Shown here piece by piece: positions 38,347 through 47,827 of a stretch of DNA of 64,000 nt. Origin of the DNA: Erysipelotrichales bacterium (GTDB taxonomy: Bacteria > Bacillota_I > Bacilli_A > Acholeplasmatales > WRBM01); NCBI GenBank assembly GCA_009784525.1, contig WRBM01000004.1, positions 13,083 to 77,082 of the forward strand, in the 5' to 3' direction. The stretch's first letter is position 1, and each line of letters opens with the position of its first letter. Below the pieces are notes generated by a model. That model saw only the letters and a list, made by a program, of their open reading frames with translations. It was not told the origin of the DNA and made no database searches. The translations under genes were made by a program, and so were the position numbers.

Positions 38347-38435
38347 ATATGCATTTAGTTAGAGTCGCTAAATATTGACAAAATAATAGTTTTTTGATAA
38401 AATATTTTGTTGGAGTAATTAACGGAGGAATCATT

Positions 38436-39356
38436 ATGAAAAAGCTTTTTGGAATAATAATTTTAATATTTGGCATCTTTCTTTTAACAGGATGTAATGC
38501 CGGTGAAATAAATCAAGATTTTGTTGGTACATGGGAATGGCTCCATGGTCCAGAGTGGCGATATGTGTTTAACGCTGATGGAACAGGTAACAGAGGCGTA
38601 CCAGGTGATACGGAAACCTTTAGCTGGTCAACAAATAATGATCGCATAAATATCAATCGTAATCAAGCCGCAAGTGGTGAAATTCGCAATGAAAGATGGA
38701 GTTTCATTATTTCAGGAAATAGCTTGACTCTGAATAGCTTACAAGAAGCAGGATTAAGTTTTAGTTATATCAGACGTCTTGATGGTCAACAAAATCCTCT
38801 GATTATTGGGATCTGGCAAATGAATTTTGATTTAAGTTTGCACTACATATTTAAAGCAGACGGAACAGGTGAGCGTGGTTTTGATGGTTCTGAAATGGAA
38901 GCTTTTACCTGGTCAACTAGCAATAATCATTTGAATATGGATATGATTTATCAAAATCAGAATTATATTCGTAATGAAAGATGGACATTTACTGTTTCTG
39001 AAAATGTTCTGACGATTTCTAGTTTGCAAGAAGCAGGACTAACTATTAGTTTTGTGAGGTATTCAGAAAGAACGCAAAATCAAAATCTGATTGGCAGATG
39101 GAATTGGGAAAGTAACTTTGAATGGTTTTATCTTTTTAATCCTGATGGTACAGGTAGTTTTGGTCTTTCAGACAGAACAAATTTTAGCTGGTCAACTAGT
39201 GGAAATATCTTATTTATTGATATATTTTACGATGGTTATTATTATACAGATATCTGGACTTTTATGATTTCCGGAAATAGATTAACCCTTACTAGCCTTC
39301 AGTTTGCTGGAGAGACATATAGCTATATCAGAAATATGTCTGGTGATTTACTATAA
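38436..39356 (+). CDS. Lipoprotein with three tandem lipocalin-like repeat modules
   Basis: Signal peptide + lipobox LTGC (start at 38436 after GGAGG). Three ~95-aa repeats sharing W.W....W.Y.F..DGTG.R.....E.F.WST..N......I......RNERW.F..S.N.LT..SLQEAGL..S..R. Confidence 0.6.
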   Translation: MKKLFGIIILIFGIFLLTGCNAGEINQDFVGTWEWLHGPEWRYVFNADGTGNRGVPGDTETFSWSTNNDRININRNQAASGEIRNERWSFIISGNSLTLNSLQEAGLSFSYIRRLDGQQNPLIIGIWQMNFDLSLHYIFKADGTGERGFDGSEMEAFTWSTSNNHLNMDMIYQNQNYIRNERWTFTVSENVLTISSLQEAGLTISFVRYSERTQNQNLIGRWNWESNFEWFYLFNPDGTGSFGLSDRTNFSWSTSGNILFIDIFYDGYYYTDIWTFMISGNRLTLTSLQFAGETYSYIRNMSGDLL

Positions 39357-39417
39357 AGCAAAAATAAAAGGAACTTAAAATGTATGTACATTTTCGGTTC
39401 CTTATTTATTTATTTAT

Positions 39418-40017
39418 TTATCTATTATAGTATTCGACGATTAATTGTTCTTTAATTTCTGGTAAGAATTCGTTTCTTTCAGGTAAACGGATGAAAGTTC
39501 CTTCCATTTTTTCTTGATTGAAACTAACATAATCAACACGTGAAATAACTTGTTCTAAAGATGTCTTAATAATAACTAATTCACGGCCTTTATCCTTTAA
39601 AGAAATAACTTGACCAGGAACTAAACGATAAGAAGGAATATCAACTTTATTACCATCTACACGAATAAAACCATGATTAACGATTTGACGAGCTTGAGCA
39701 CGTGTTCTTGCGAAACCTAAACGATATACAATATTATCTAATCTAGATTCTAAAAGGCGTAAGAAGTTCTCACCAGCTTTACCTTTCATTTTACTAGCTT
39801 CTTTAAAAGTTTTTAAGAATTGTTTTTCATTAACTCCATAAGTAAAACGCACACGTTGTTTTTCCTGAAGTTGAGTACCATAATCTTTTAATTTTGAACG
39901 TTTTTGTCCATGCATACCAGGAGCATAAGGACGTTTTTGTAATTCTTTTCCAGTTTCGGAAATAGAATAGTTTAATCGACGGGAAACTTTCCAGGTCGAT
40001 CCTGTAAATCTTGACAT
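39418..40017 (-). CDS. rpsD: 30S ribosomal protein S4
   Basis: [38 protein letters not shown]... near-identical by eye to bacterial S4. Confidence 0.95.
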   Translation of the reverse strand: MSRFTGSTWKVSRRLNYSISETGKELQKRPYAPGMHGQKRSKLKDYGTQLQEKQRVRFTYGVNEKQFLKTFKEASKMKGKAGENFLRLLESRLDNIVYRLGFARTRAQARQIVNHGFIRVDGNKVDIPSYRLVPGQVISLKDKGRELVIIKTSLEQVISRVDYVSFNQEKMEGTFIRLPERNEFLPEIKEQLIVEYYNR

Positions 40018-40018
40018 A

Positions 40019-40215
40019 TTTTTCTCCTTATCAAATTTAATTTTTCTGATGGAAAAAGTTTTCTTGTGACCTCTTGAGGTATAAACACTTATGATTTTGC
40101 CTCGCAGCCAGAGGGTACTTTCTTGCTTGTGTTATACTTGTCCAGAAACTAAGAAGGGCTGCTTTAACCAACGTTAAATATTATAACCCGCTTTCTTAAA
40201 AAAGTCAAGAAAAAA
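40019..40215 (-). promoter_or_regulatory. rpsD promoter (TTGACT-17-TATAAT on the minus strand, ~40215..40187) plus ~150-nt structured leader
   Basis: The reverse complement of 40180..40215 reads TTGACTTTTTTAAGAAAGCGGGTTATAAT. The long leader is consistent with the S4 autoregulatory leaders known in Firmicutes. Confidence 0.5.
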
Positions 40216-40249
40216 AGGCACTTTTTAGTGAGTACCTTTAATTCGTCAT

Positions 40250-41686
40250 TTATTCACCTGAGTTTTGATCAATAGTATTATTTAAACCTGGGATTTCTCT
40301 TCCTAGAAAATCAGGAAGTTGAAGACCAGCATTTTTAAATACTTCATGTAAAGGCGGAACTGATTTTATTAAATTACTTAAGAAGTTAGAAGTTGAAGAA
40401 CCTTCTTTACCATTAGCGCCACCGGCATTGTTATCCCAAACAGTAACTTTATCAATTTTGATGTTTTTAATCGCATCAACTTGAATGCCAACTAAAGTTT
40501 CTAATTTATCGGCTATTAATAGTTGTGTCGCACTGGCAGGAGAGTTATTAGCAGCAGCGACTAAAGCTTTTAAACCCGCTGCCCTTTTAAGTAATATTTC
40601 TTCCATACCATTAGCTTCGGCTTGCATGCGGGCAAAAATCGCATCAGCTTCCCCTTTGGCATGTCTGCGGATTTTTTCAGCTTCAGCTTCAGCCTGAAGT
40701 TCAATTCGTTTCTTTTCAATTTCTGCTTTAATGATAATGTCTGCTTCCTGAGTTGCTTTTTCTAAGGCCGCACGCGCTTGTTCGGCTGCTTGTTGGGCAG
40801 AATAAGCTTCCTGAAGGGCTTTGGCAGCCTGAATTTTTTCAGCCGCCACCGCAATCTTTAAGAATTCAGATTCTCTTTCACGACGAGAAGCTTCAGATTG
40901 AGAAATATTAACACGGGCTTCATTTTCCCCTTGAACGGCTTTAGAGTTAGCTAAGGCAACTTCAATACGTTGATCCATTTGAGCATTTGCTTCACCGATA
41001 TCACCGTCGCGGTTTTTTTCCGCAACGCTTTTTTTAGCATCATTAATGGCTTTTGCGGCAGCTTCCTGACCAAGAGCTTTAATATAACCAGATTCATCAG
41101 TGATATCAGTTACGTTAACGTTAATGAGACGTAAGCCGATTTTCTTTAATTCAATTTCCACATTTTTAGAAACAGCATCTAAAAATTTATCACGATCAGT
41201 ATTAATTTCTTCGATATCCATTGTCGCAATAACTAGACGTAGCTGCCCTAAAATGATATCTTGTGCTAGATTTTGGATTTGAATCGGACGCAAGTTAAGT
41301 AATCTTTCGGCGGCATTTTGCATAACACCTGTTTCCGTAGAAATACCGACAGTAAATATTGATGGAACATCAATTCTAATGTTTTGTTTAGAAAGCGCCT
41401 GCTTTAAATCAATCGCAATTGAAATAGGGGTCAAATGCAAGAAAGAGTACTTTTGAACTACTGGCCAGATAAAAGCAACCCCACCATGAATACATTTAGA
41501 AGAACGTCTCGTTCCGTCTGGATTTTTTCCGACCTTACCACTAATAACCATGATTTGGTCAGAAGCACATTTGCGAACGCGCATTAACATCGTGACTAGT
41601 CCTAAGAAAAGAAGTGTAACAAAAACAACGATAATAATTAAAACGGAAGGTGGTAAGCCACCCTCGGCGAAAAATAGAAAAGACAT
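40250..41686 (-). CDS. Flotillin-like SPFH/band-7 protein (FloT/YuaG-like, long form)
   Basis: N-terminal TM, SPFH domain, long Ala/Glu/Lys-rich coiled coil (AAEQARAALEKATQEADIIIKAEIEKKRIELQAEAEAEKIRR), 478 aa. Confidence 0.85.
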   Translation of the reverse strand: MSFLFFAEGGLPPSVLIIIVVFVTLLFLGLVTMLMRVRKCASDQIMVISGKVGKNPDGTRRSSKCIHGGVAFIWPVVQKYSFLHLTPISIAIDLKQALSKQNIRIDVPSIFTVGISTETGVMQNAAERLLNLRPIQIQNLAQDIILGQLRLVIATMDIEEINTDRDKFLDAVSKNVEIELKKIGLRLINVNVTDITDESGYIKALGQEAAAKAINDAKKSVAEKNRDGDIGEANAQMDQRIEVALANSKAVQGENEARVNISQSEASRRERESEFLKIAVAAEKIQAAKALQEAYSAQQAAEQARAALEKATQEADIIIKAEIEKKRIELQAEAEAEKIRRHAKGEADAIFARMQAEANGMEEILLKRAAGLKALVAAANNSPASATQLLIADKLETLVGIQVDAIKNIKIDKVTVWDNNAGGANGKEGSSTSNFLSNLIKSVPPLHEVFKNAGLQLPDFLGREIPGLNNTIDQNSGE

Positions 41687-41859
41687 ACAAATTTCTCCTT
41701 TTTTGTTTTTACCGCTATGCTTTGACTTAAATTATTAAGTAGCGGTTTTCCTTAATAATTTTTAAATAAATCTAAATATTAATGATTAAATTTCTGCTAT
41801 ATCATCAATATTTGCGTTAATTGGGCATAAAGCGAACTTCTTTTAATGCAAAATTGGCA

Positions 41860-42432
41860 TTATGCTTTACTTACAATAACAGTAGTATCATCAAAGATAG
41901 CGACTACTTTAACTAAAAGACCCGTTTTAAGAGGAACATCACCTTCATTAATCGCATTTAATTCAGTCATTCGTTCCTGAAAAGTAACGGTAATTTTTCC
42001 CATGCCCTCATTTTTAGGGGGAATCGGAATATAAACAGTGCCGATTTTATCTAAGGCATTTTTAATTTCCATATTTCCGTGTTCCTGGATTCTGGCGGTT
42101 TGTTGCATTATCAAAGCATTCGCAAACAAAGAAAGTAAGCCAATTAAAAAAGAAATACCGATGACCCAGGCCACATGCAAATCAGTTCCGCCTAAAGCGA
42201 AGCCGGACCAGCCAAGAAGTATCAAAAATGAGATAATACCCCGCACACTTAAAACTTTTAATCCAGCTATTCCATAATCAATATCAGTTGAGCCATCATA
42301 AGAAACATCCGCATCGCCTCCCGCAAGACCAATAAAAAGCGCAAGCATCTGTAAAAATAATACTAATGTCGAGACAACAGCGATAAGGAAGAAAACCTGT
42401 TGTAAGGCACCTAAACCGTTAAACCAATTCAT
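41860..42432 (-). CDS. NfeD-like membrane protein (YuaF-like short form)
   Basis: 3 N-terminal TM helices + C-terminal beta-rich OB-like domain. Located immediately upstream of the flotillin gene on the same strand. Confidence 0.7.
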   Translation of the reverse strand: MNWFNGLGALQQVFFLIAVVSTLVLFLQMLALFIGLAGGDADVSYDGSTDIDYGIAGLKVLSVRGIISFLILLGWSGFALGGTDLHVAWVIGISFLIGLLSLFANALIMQQTARIQEHGNMEIKNALDKIGTVYIPIPPKNEGMGKITVTFQERMTELNAINEGDVPLKTGLLVKVVAIFDDTTVIVSKA

Positions 42433-42622
42433 AAAAATTTCTCCTTTCTTAACTAATATTTATTATATCAGAAAAGATGATTTTTGACAACTATTATTAT
42501 AATTAATTTATTTATTTTGATATTTTAAGGAAAAACAATTAGCTATAATCAAATCCATAGAATTTAGACTTGATTTATTGCGTTTTTTTCTGTATAATTT
42601 TTAGTTGGAAGAAGTTGATATT

Positions 42623-43846
42623 ATGTATGACAGAATTTTAATTAGATATGGGGATTTAACATTAAAAGGAAATAATAAAAAAATATTCCTTAATCGCATC
42701 TATCAGACTGTTAGAAATAAGTTTGCCAAAACAAGTGTTACGATTGAAAAAACCTTTGATCGGATGTATATTATTTTAAACGATGAAAGCATTGAAGATT
42801 GTCTTAAGCGCTTAGGAACGGTCTGTGGATTATATTCTTTTAGCCCCGCTATTAAGGTTGAATCCAATTTAGAAACAATAATCAGCTCCTCAATTGAGCT
42901 TTTGAAAGATAAGATCAAAGAGATTGTCACTTTTAAAGTAGAAACCAAAAGAGCCAATAAAAACTTTCCGATGACAAGTCCGGAAATTTCTAAGGCAGTC
43001 AGTAAAGAAATTCTTAAAGTTTTAGGTGGGGTACTAAAGGTTGATGTTCATAACCCAGAAAAGACCTTAAGAATCGATGTCAAGAATGAATATACCTACC
43101 TTTATTTAGATGAGGTTTTTGGTCTTGGTGGTTTTCCGCCAGGCATCTTAGGTAAAGGCTTATTATTAATATCGGGTGGTATTGATTCACCAGTTGCGGG
43201 TTTTTTAGCGATGAAACAAGGAATCGAAATCGAGTGTCTGCATTTTGAATCAACACCTTTGACACCAATTGAATCTGCTCAGAAAGTTATCGATCTGACA
43301 GCTGCTATTTCTAAATATAGCTTAAATAATCGCATTAAATTACACATGATTAATTTTGAGAAGATTCATCAATTAATTCTAAAAGAAGTTCCAGAAAGCT
43401 ATATGATTACAATTATGAGGCGGATTATGTATAAAATTGCAGCCTTGATTTGTGAAAAGGATAAAATTTCTTGTATCGTTAATGGTGAATCTGTTGGTCA
43501 GGTTGCTAGTCAGACTTTAGAAAGTATACAAGTAGTCAATGAAGTAACAAATTTACCAGTTATCAGACCTGTAGTTACATATGACAAATTGGAAATAATT
43601 AAAATAGCTAAAAACATTGAAACTTTTGATATTTCTATTAGACCTTTTGAAGATTGTTGTACAGTTTATGTGCCAAAAAGTCCAGTCACCAGACCGACTT
43701 TAAAAAGATGTCTGGAAATCGAAAGAAAAACGGATTTCAGTGCTTTAATTGAAGAAGCAGTGCAAAATTATAAGGCTCGTTATATTGAAAAAGATCAGGG
43801 TTTCGACTTAATAAGTGAAGGTTTTATAGTTAGCGATATTTTCTAG
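42623..43846 (+). CDS. thiI: tRNA 4-thiouridine synthase ThiI
   Basis: THUMP domain + PP-loop LLISGGIDSPVAG. The ORF starts MYDRILIRYGDLTLKG. ATG at 42623. Confidence 0.9.
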   Translation: MYDRILIRYGDLTLKGNNKKIFLNRIYQTVRNKFAKTSVTIEKTFDRMYIILNDESIEDCLKRLGTVCGLYSFSPAIKVESNLETIISSSIELLKDKIKEIVTFKVETKRANKNFPMTSPEISKAVSKEILKVLGGVLKVDVHNPEKTLRIDVKNEYTYLYLDEVFGLGGFPPGILGKGLLLISGGIDSPVAGFLAMKQGIEIECLHFESTPLTPIESAQKVIDLTAAISKYSLNNRIKLHMINFEKIHQLILKEVPESYMITIMRRIMYKIAALICEKDKISCIVNGESVGQVASQTLESIQVVNEVTNLPVIRPVVTYDKLEIIKIAKNIETFDISIRPFEDCCTVYVPKSPVTRPTLKRCLEIERKTDFSALIEEAVQNYKARYIEKDQGFDLISEGFIVSDIF

Positions 43847-43895
43847 TATCAATCTAAAATGCCACCATATAATATAGGCATGGAGGTGGTTCAAG

Positions 43896-44093
43896 ATGCC
43901 GGAAAAAAAGAAATCAAAATCGAAAACAGCGATGAAAGCTCCTGGGAAAAAGTCCAAGAAAACAGGAACAATGCGAGTTGATCCAACAAAAATGCATTAT
44001 GAATATTCCTCGCAGTTAAACTGTGATAGCGAGTACTCATGTGATTTATCTATGCAGAGAAAAGCTCCTTCTAAAGCAAAAAAAAATAAATAG
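43896..44093 (+). CDS. Small basic Lys-rich hypothetical protein (65 aa)
   Basis: Strong RBS GGAGGTG. K/S-rich N- and C-termini. No recognised motif. Confidence 0.4.
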   Translation: MPEKKKSKSKTAMKAPGKKSKKTGTMRVDPTKMHYEYSSQLNCDSEYSCDLSMQRKAPSKAKKNK

Positions 44094-44202
44094 TCCGAAG
44101 GGACTAAAGCCTTAAGCACTCAAATTCAGAGTGCTTATTTTATTTGAATTGAAAAAATCTTCCAAAATGGAAGATTTCCAGCTTTTCCTTGCGGATAATG
44201 AA

Positions 44203-44838
44203 TTATTCATGTATAATAGTTTGAAGCGAATTTTTATAAACAAAATATTTTTTTAGAAAATGCAAACTGACAAAAACAATCACAAAGTACAAAAATAGTT
44301 TAATAAGCATAATCATCGTTATAGTAAAGAAAAACTCAAATGGCAACATCTGAATCAAATGTGAAGTAGCCGGAAAGGTCCAAGTTCCATCTTCGAAAAG
44401 CAAAACATGAAAGATTTCAAAAACAAATTCAAAGTTAATAATCGATAAAACTGTTAAGAAAAGCATTATGCCAACAATAGAAATCAATGTCCATTGAAAC
44501 CAGGTTATAAAATTTTTATTTATGAACTTCCGACGGAAAAAGAAGTAGATGATTGTCAGGAATACAAAGATAAGTGAGCAATAAAAAATAATGCGACCGC
44601 CATTAAAAAGTACTAAAACATCGTGCATATGATCTAGTTCAAATTGATTAAAGAAAGGGCGAAGTTCGCCGTTGACTTCAAAATAGTATTGCATCGAGTC
44701 GCGATTATTACGAAAGTATTCAAGCATGATATATTTGGCATTTCGAAAGTGTTCTAAATCATCAAAGTTTGTTTGTTCGTGGATTTGTAGTCTTTCGAAC
44801 ATAAAATCATAAAAACGATTGTTAAAAGTTAGAGGCAT
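44203..44838 (-). CDS. Hypothetical polytopic membrane protein
   Basis: About 4 TM helices. Conserved-looking N-terminal soluble segment. No motif recognised. Confidence 0.5.
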   Translation of the reverse strand: MPLTFNNRFYDFMFERLQIHEQTNFDDLEHFRNAKYIMLEYFRNNRDSMQYYFEVNGELRPFFNQFELDHMHDVLVLFNGGRIIFYCSLIFVFLTIIYFFFRRKFINKNFITWFQWTLISIVGIMLFLTVLSIINFEFVFEIFHVLLFEDGTWTFPATSHLIQMLPFEFFFTITMIMLIKLFLYFVIVFVSLHFLKKYFVYKNSLQTIIHE

Positions 44839-44947
44839 TACCGCAAGAAAAACAATAATTAAGAAACTAGCGAAGCCTAGTATTACAATTATTAGTCGAT
44901 CTAATATTTTTATAGTATCACAACCTTTAGTAAAATTAGGAGTTTAT

Positions 44948-45649
44948 ATGGATAAAAATCGTCTTAAAGAATTACAGAAGTTAAAAATGAATAAATATCG
45001 TGATAAGCACTTTCTTGTGGAAACCGAACATTTAGTTGAAGAAGCTTTAAAATACACTAAAGTAATAGAAATATTTTCTACTTATCCGAAAGATAACCAA
45101 ACTTTAATCACAGAAAGTGAAATGAAAAAACTCACCTCAACGGTCTCGAATGTGAAAACAATTGCTTTAGTAGAAAAGAAGCAGGCAATAACTAAAAGTC
45201 AGTTGGTTCTCGCTCTAGCAGATGTGCAGGACCCTGGTAATGTCGGCTCTTTAATAAGAAGCGCTATTGGTTTTGGTTTTAAACAAGTTTTATTATCCCC
45301 AGGTTGCGCTGATTTATATAACAGTAAAACAATAAGAGCTTCACAAGGCGCTATCTTTCAGGCAGGGACCAAGGTTTCTGATTTAAAAAAAGAGATAGCT
45401 GACTATAAAAATCAGGGCTACCGAATTATCGGCACGGCCTTAAAGGATGGAAGGCCTTTAAAATCATATGAACAAAACAATGAAAAAATATTTCTTTTGT
45501 TAGGAAACGAAGGAAGTGGCTTACCTGAGGATATTATTGCGTTATGTGATGATCTGTTGTTTATTGAAATGACAGGTATTGAAAGCTTAAACGTATTAGC
45601 CGCAGGAAGTATTTTAATGTATCAGCTTAAAGGTTCTTCAATGGGATAA
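44948..45649 (+). CDS. TrmH/SpoU-family RNA 2'-O-methyltransferase
   Basis: LADVQDPGNVGSLIRSAIGFGF, LLLGNEGSGL, SLNVLAAGSILMY. ATG at 44948 after TAGGAG; the track start at 44819 is too early. Confidence 0.8.
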   Translation: MDKNRLKELQKLKMNKYRDKHFLVETEHLVEEALKYTKVIEIFSTYPKDNQTLITESEMKKLTSTVSNVKTIALVEKKQAITKSQLVLALADVQDPGNVGSLIRSAIGFGFKQVLLSPGCADLYNSKTIRASQGAIFQAGTKVSDLKKEIADYKNQGYRIIGTALKDGRPLKSYEQNNEKIFLLLGNEGSGLPEDIIALCDDLLFIEMTGIESLNVLAAGSILMYQLKGSSMG

Positions 45650-46194
45650 AGTGGTTCAAGGTTAGCTAATTCTTTAAACATCTTATCTGTAAAAAGTGTG
45701 CCTTGCAAGTGGTCATATTCATGCTGGAATACAATGGCGATATAGTCTTTAAAAGATACCCGCTTTTTAATAAAACGATCTTTTTCAAAATCCAGAAAAT
45801 AGGCTTCCACGAGAATTGAACGATAACGTGGTGTTAACATACCTTCTGTTTCTTTTGAGACACTTAAGCAACCTTCGCCACCTGGAATGTAAGTCATTTC
45901 TTTACTTCTTTTAATGATTTTTGGATTTAGAACACCTAAAACATGGAGTTCGCCTTCTAGGTCATGAGTTATTATCGCAAACATTTGTTTAGGAATATTG
46001 ACCTGTGGCGCTGCTAAACCAACAGCTGGGCGCATATTAGCGTCAGTTTTGTCCGGATTTTGCGATTCCAGAACATAAGAAAGCAGATTCCTTAAGATTT
46101 GTTTATCTTCAGGAGAGACTGGTAATTTAACTGGTTCAGATTTTTTTTTAAGATTTGGATGATCATCCATAATTATATCATTACTTTTAAACAT
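45622..46194 (-). CDS. def: Peptide deformylase
   Basis: GLAAPQVN, EGCLS, HEYDHLQG motifs. True start at the ATG at 46194 (RBS GAGGTG), 191 aa. The 277-aa track ORF is an upstream over-extension. Confidence 0.9.
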   Translation of the reverse strand: MFKSNDIIMDDHPNLKKKSEPVKLPVSPEDKQILRNLLSYVLESQNPDKTDANMRPAVGLAAPQVNIPKQMFAIITHDLEGELHVLGVLNPKIIKRSKEMTYIPGGEGCLSVSKETEGMLTPRYRSILVEAYFLDFEKDRFIKKRVSFKDYIAIVFQHEYDHLQGTLFTDKMFKELANLEPLYPIEEPLS

Positions 46195-46274
46195 AGAAAA
46201 CACCTCATAATCATTATAACACAAAAAACAAAAAAACCAAGTATTAAACTTGGTCTTAAGCTGTTTTCTACAAA

Positions 46275-46412
46275 CTAGAAGCGGGCAGCGCCGATGATTA
46301 CTAAAAGAATAAATAATACTAAAATAAGAGCGTAAGCATAGCCTCTTCCAGACCCTCCGCAATTGCTTGCACCATATCCAGGCATAAATCCTGGTTGACC
46401 AAAACAGTACAT
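46275..46412 (-). CDS. YjcZ-like small protein (45 aa), not in the ORF track
   Basis: Minus-strand ATG at 46412 after GGAGGTG. Translates to MYCFGQPGFMPGYGASNCGGSGRGYAYALILVLFILLVIIGAARF: a Gly-rich head plus hydrophobic tail, typical of the Bacillales YjcZ family. Confidence 0.5.
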   Translation of the reverse strand: MYCFGQPGFMPGYGASNCGGSGRGYAYALILVLFILLVIIGAARF

Positions 46413-46484
46413 ATCTGTCACCTCCGTCTATTAATAAAATATGCACAAATTTCAATTTGGAATGTGTTTTTTACCTAGATCTTC

Positions 46485-46697
46485 TCAATCTTCCATGAAC
46501 ATGTCGTTATCGTACTTATCGTCATTTCTAAGACCTAGATAGTTTTCAATCCTTCGTAAACGATTATTTAAATTCCTGAGTTTACGATTGGTCTCTTCCA
46601 GCTGGTAAAAAACCTGCTGAAACTGGTTTTCCGGAAAATAACCGTTATAGTTCGGCGGCACATTCGGATTACGGTTATTTTTGAATCGATCAAACAT
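46485..46697 (-). CDS. Small hypothetical protein (70 aa), coiled-coil/N-rich
   Basis: RBS AGGATGG. No motif recognised. Confidence 0.4.
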   Translation of the reverse strand: MFDRFKNNRNPNVPPNYNGYFPENQFQQVFYQLEETNRKLRNLNNRLRRIENYLGLRNDDKYDNDMFMED

Positions 46698-46761
46698 CTT
46701 AACACCATCCTGCTATTAATATATGTCAAAGACTGAAAATGGTTAATAAGGAGATTAAATT

Positions 46762-47466
46762 ATGCGCATAGATAAATATTTAAGTAATCTGAAATATGGC
46801 TCAAGAAGCGAAATAAAGGCTTTAATCAAGGCTAATAAGATTACAGTTAATAATCAGAAAGTTAGCGATTCAGGGCTAAATATCGACCCAGCTAAAGATA
46901 TAATTAAGGTTTTTGAAGAGGAAGTTCTTTATCGGGAAAATGTTTATTTATTATTAAATAAGCCAAGTGGTTATCTGTCTGCGACTAAAGATAATTTACA
47001 CAAAACGGTTCTGGATTTAATAAAAGCACCTTTTAATCGTTTTGACTTAAAAATATGCGGCAGACTGGATCTTGATACAGAAGGACTTTTAATTTTAACT
47101 AATGACACGGAGTTTATTCATAATTTTACTAATCCTAAAAAAGATATCTTAAAAAAATATTATTGTCTTTTAAGAGATAAATTAAAAGACTTTGAAGTTA
47201 TCACTAAGGGAGTAATTTTGAAAGACGGTAAAGGTGAAGATTATTTTACTAAACCTTGTAAAATAGAGCCAATCGATGACTACTCTTGTTATATTTATCT
47301 TTCTGAAGGAAAATTTCATCAAGTCAAACGACTTTTCCAATATATAAATAATGAAGTCGTTTATTTGAAACGCTTAGCGATTGGCGAATATAATCTTCCG
47401 GAAGAACTTAAATTAGGTGAGTATCTGGAATTCAGAAAAGAGGAAAAATTATGCAAAAAGCAGTAA
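46762..47466 (+). CDS. rRNA pseudouridine synthase, RsuA/RluB family (S4 domain + catalytic domain)
   Basis: MRIDKYLSNLKYGSRSEIKALIKANKITVNN (S4-like domain). GRLDLDTEGLLILTND (catalytic Asp motif). Confidence 0.85.
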   Translation: MRIDKYLSNLKYGSRSEIKALIKANKITVNNQKVSDSGLNIDPAKDIIKVFEEEVLYRENVYLLLNKPSGYLSATKDNLHKTVLDLIKAPFNRFDLKICGRLDLDTEGLLILTNDTEFIHNFTNPKKDILKKYYCLLRDKLKDFEVITKGVILKDGKGEDYFTKPCKIEPIDDYSCYIYLSEGKFHQVKRLFQYINNEVVYLKRLAIGEYNLPEELKLGEYLEFRKEEKLCKKQ

Positions 47467-47750
47467 AAGATTTTATTAAGGAATATAAGCTTCAAGCAGA
47501 TATTCAAATCAGATGTCTTGACTTAGTATCTGAAGTTGGCGAACTAAGCAAAGAAATAATTAAAGCCACAAATTATGGTAAGAAAGCTTTGGCCACAAAT
47601 AGACAAATGTTTGAAGAAGCTGGAGACTGTTTATTTTCCTTATTAGCACTTTTTTGTGAAATGAATGTTGATGCGGAAGATATCTTAAAACGAGCCTTAG
47701 AAAAATACAAACAAAGATTTATTTATAAAGGTGACATTAATTCTAGTTAA
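47451..47750 (+). CDS. MazG-like nucleotide pyrophosphohydrolase (small single-domain)
   Basis: LVSEVGELSKEI ... EEAGDCLFSLLALFCEMNVDAEDIL - the MazG EExxE/D pattern. Confidence 0.7.
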   Translation: MQKAVKDFIKEYKLQADIQIRCLDLVSEVGELSKEIIKATNYGKKALATNRQMFEEAGDCLFSLLALFCEMNVDAEDILKRALEKYKQRFIYKGDINSS

Positions 47751-47827
47751 TTTAGGAAAATATATGAAGTTTTTGGGCATATTGTAAGCAATAATAAATT
47801 TGGTACAGAATAACTCTGGGTGGAAAT

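Noticed and set aside
45622-46455. 277-aa version of the def ORF
   Set aside because: The N-terminal 87 residues are a low-complexity over-extension. Deformylase motifs begin after the internal ATG at 46194, and a separate small gene occupies the upstream region.
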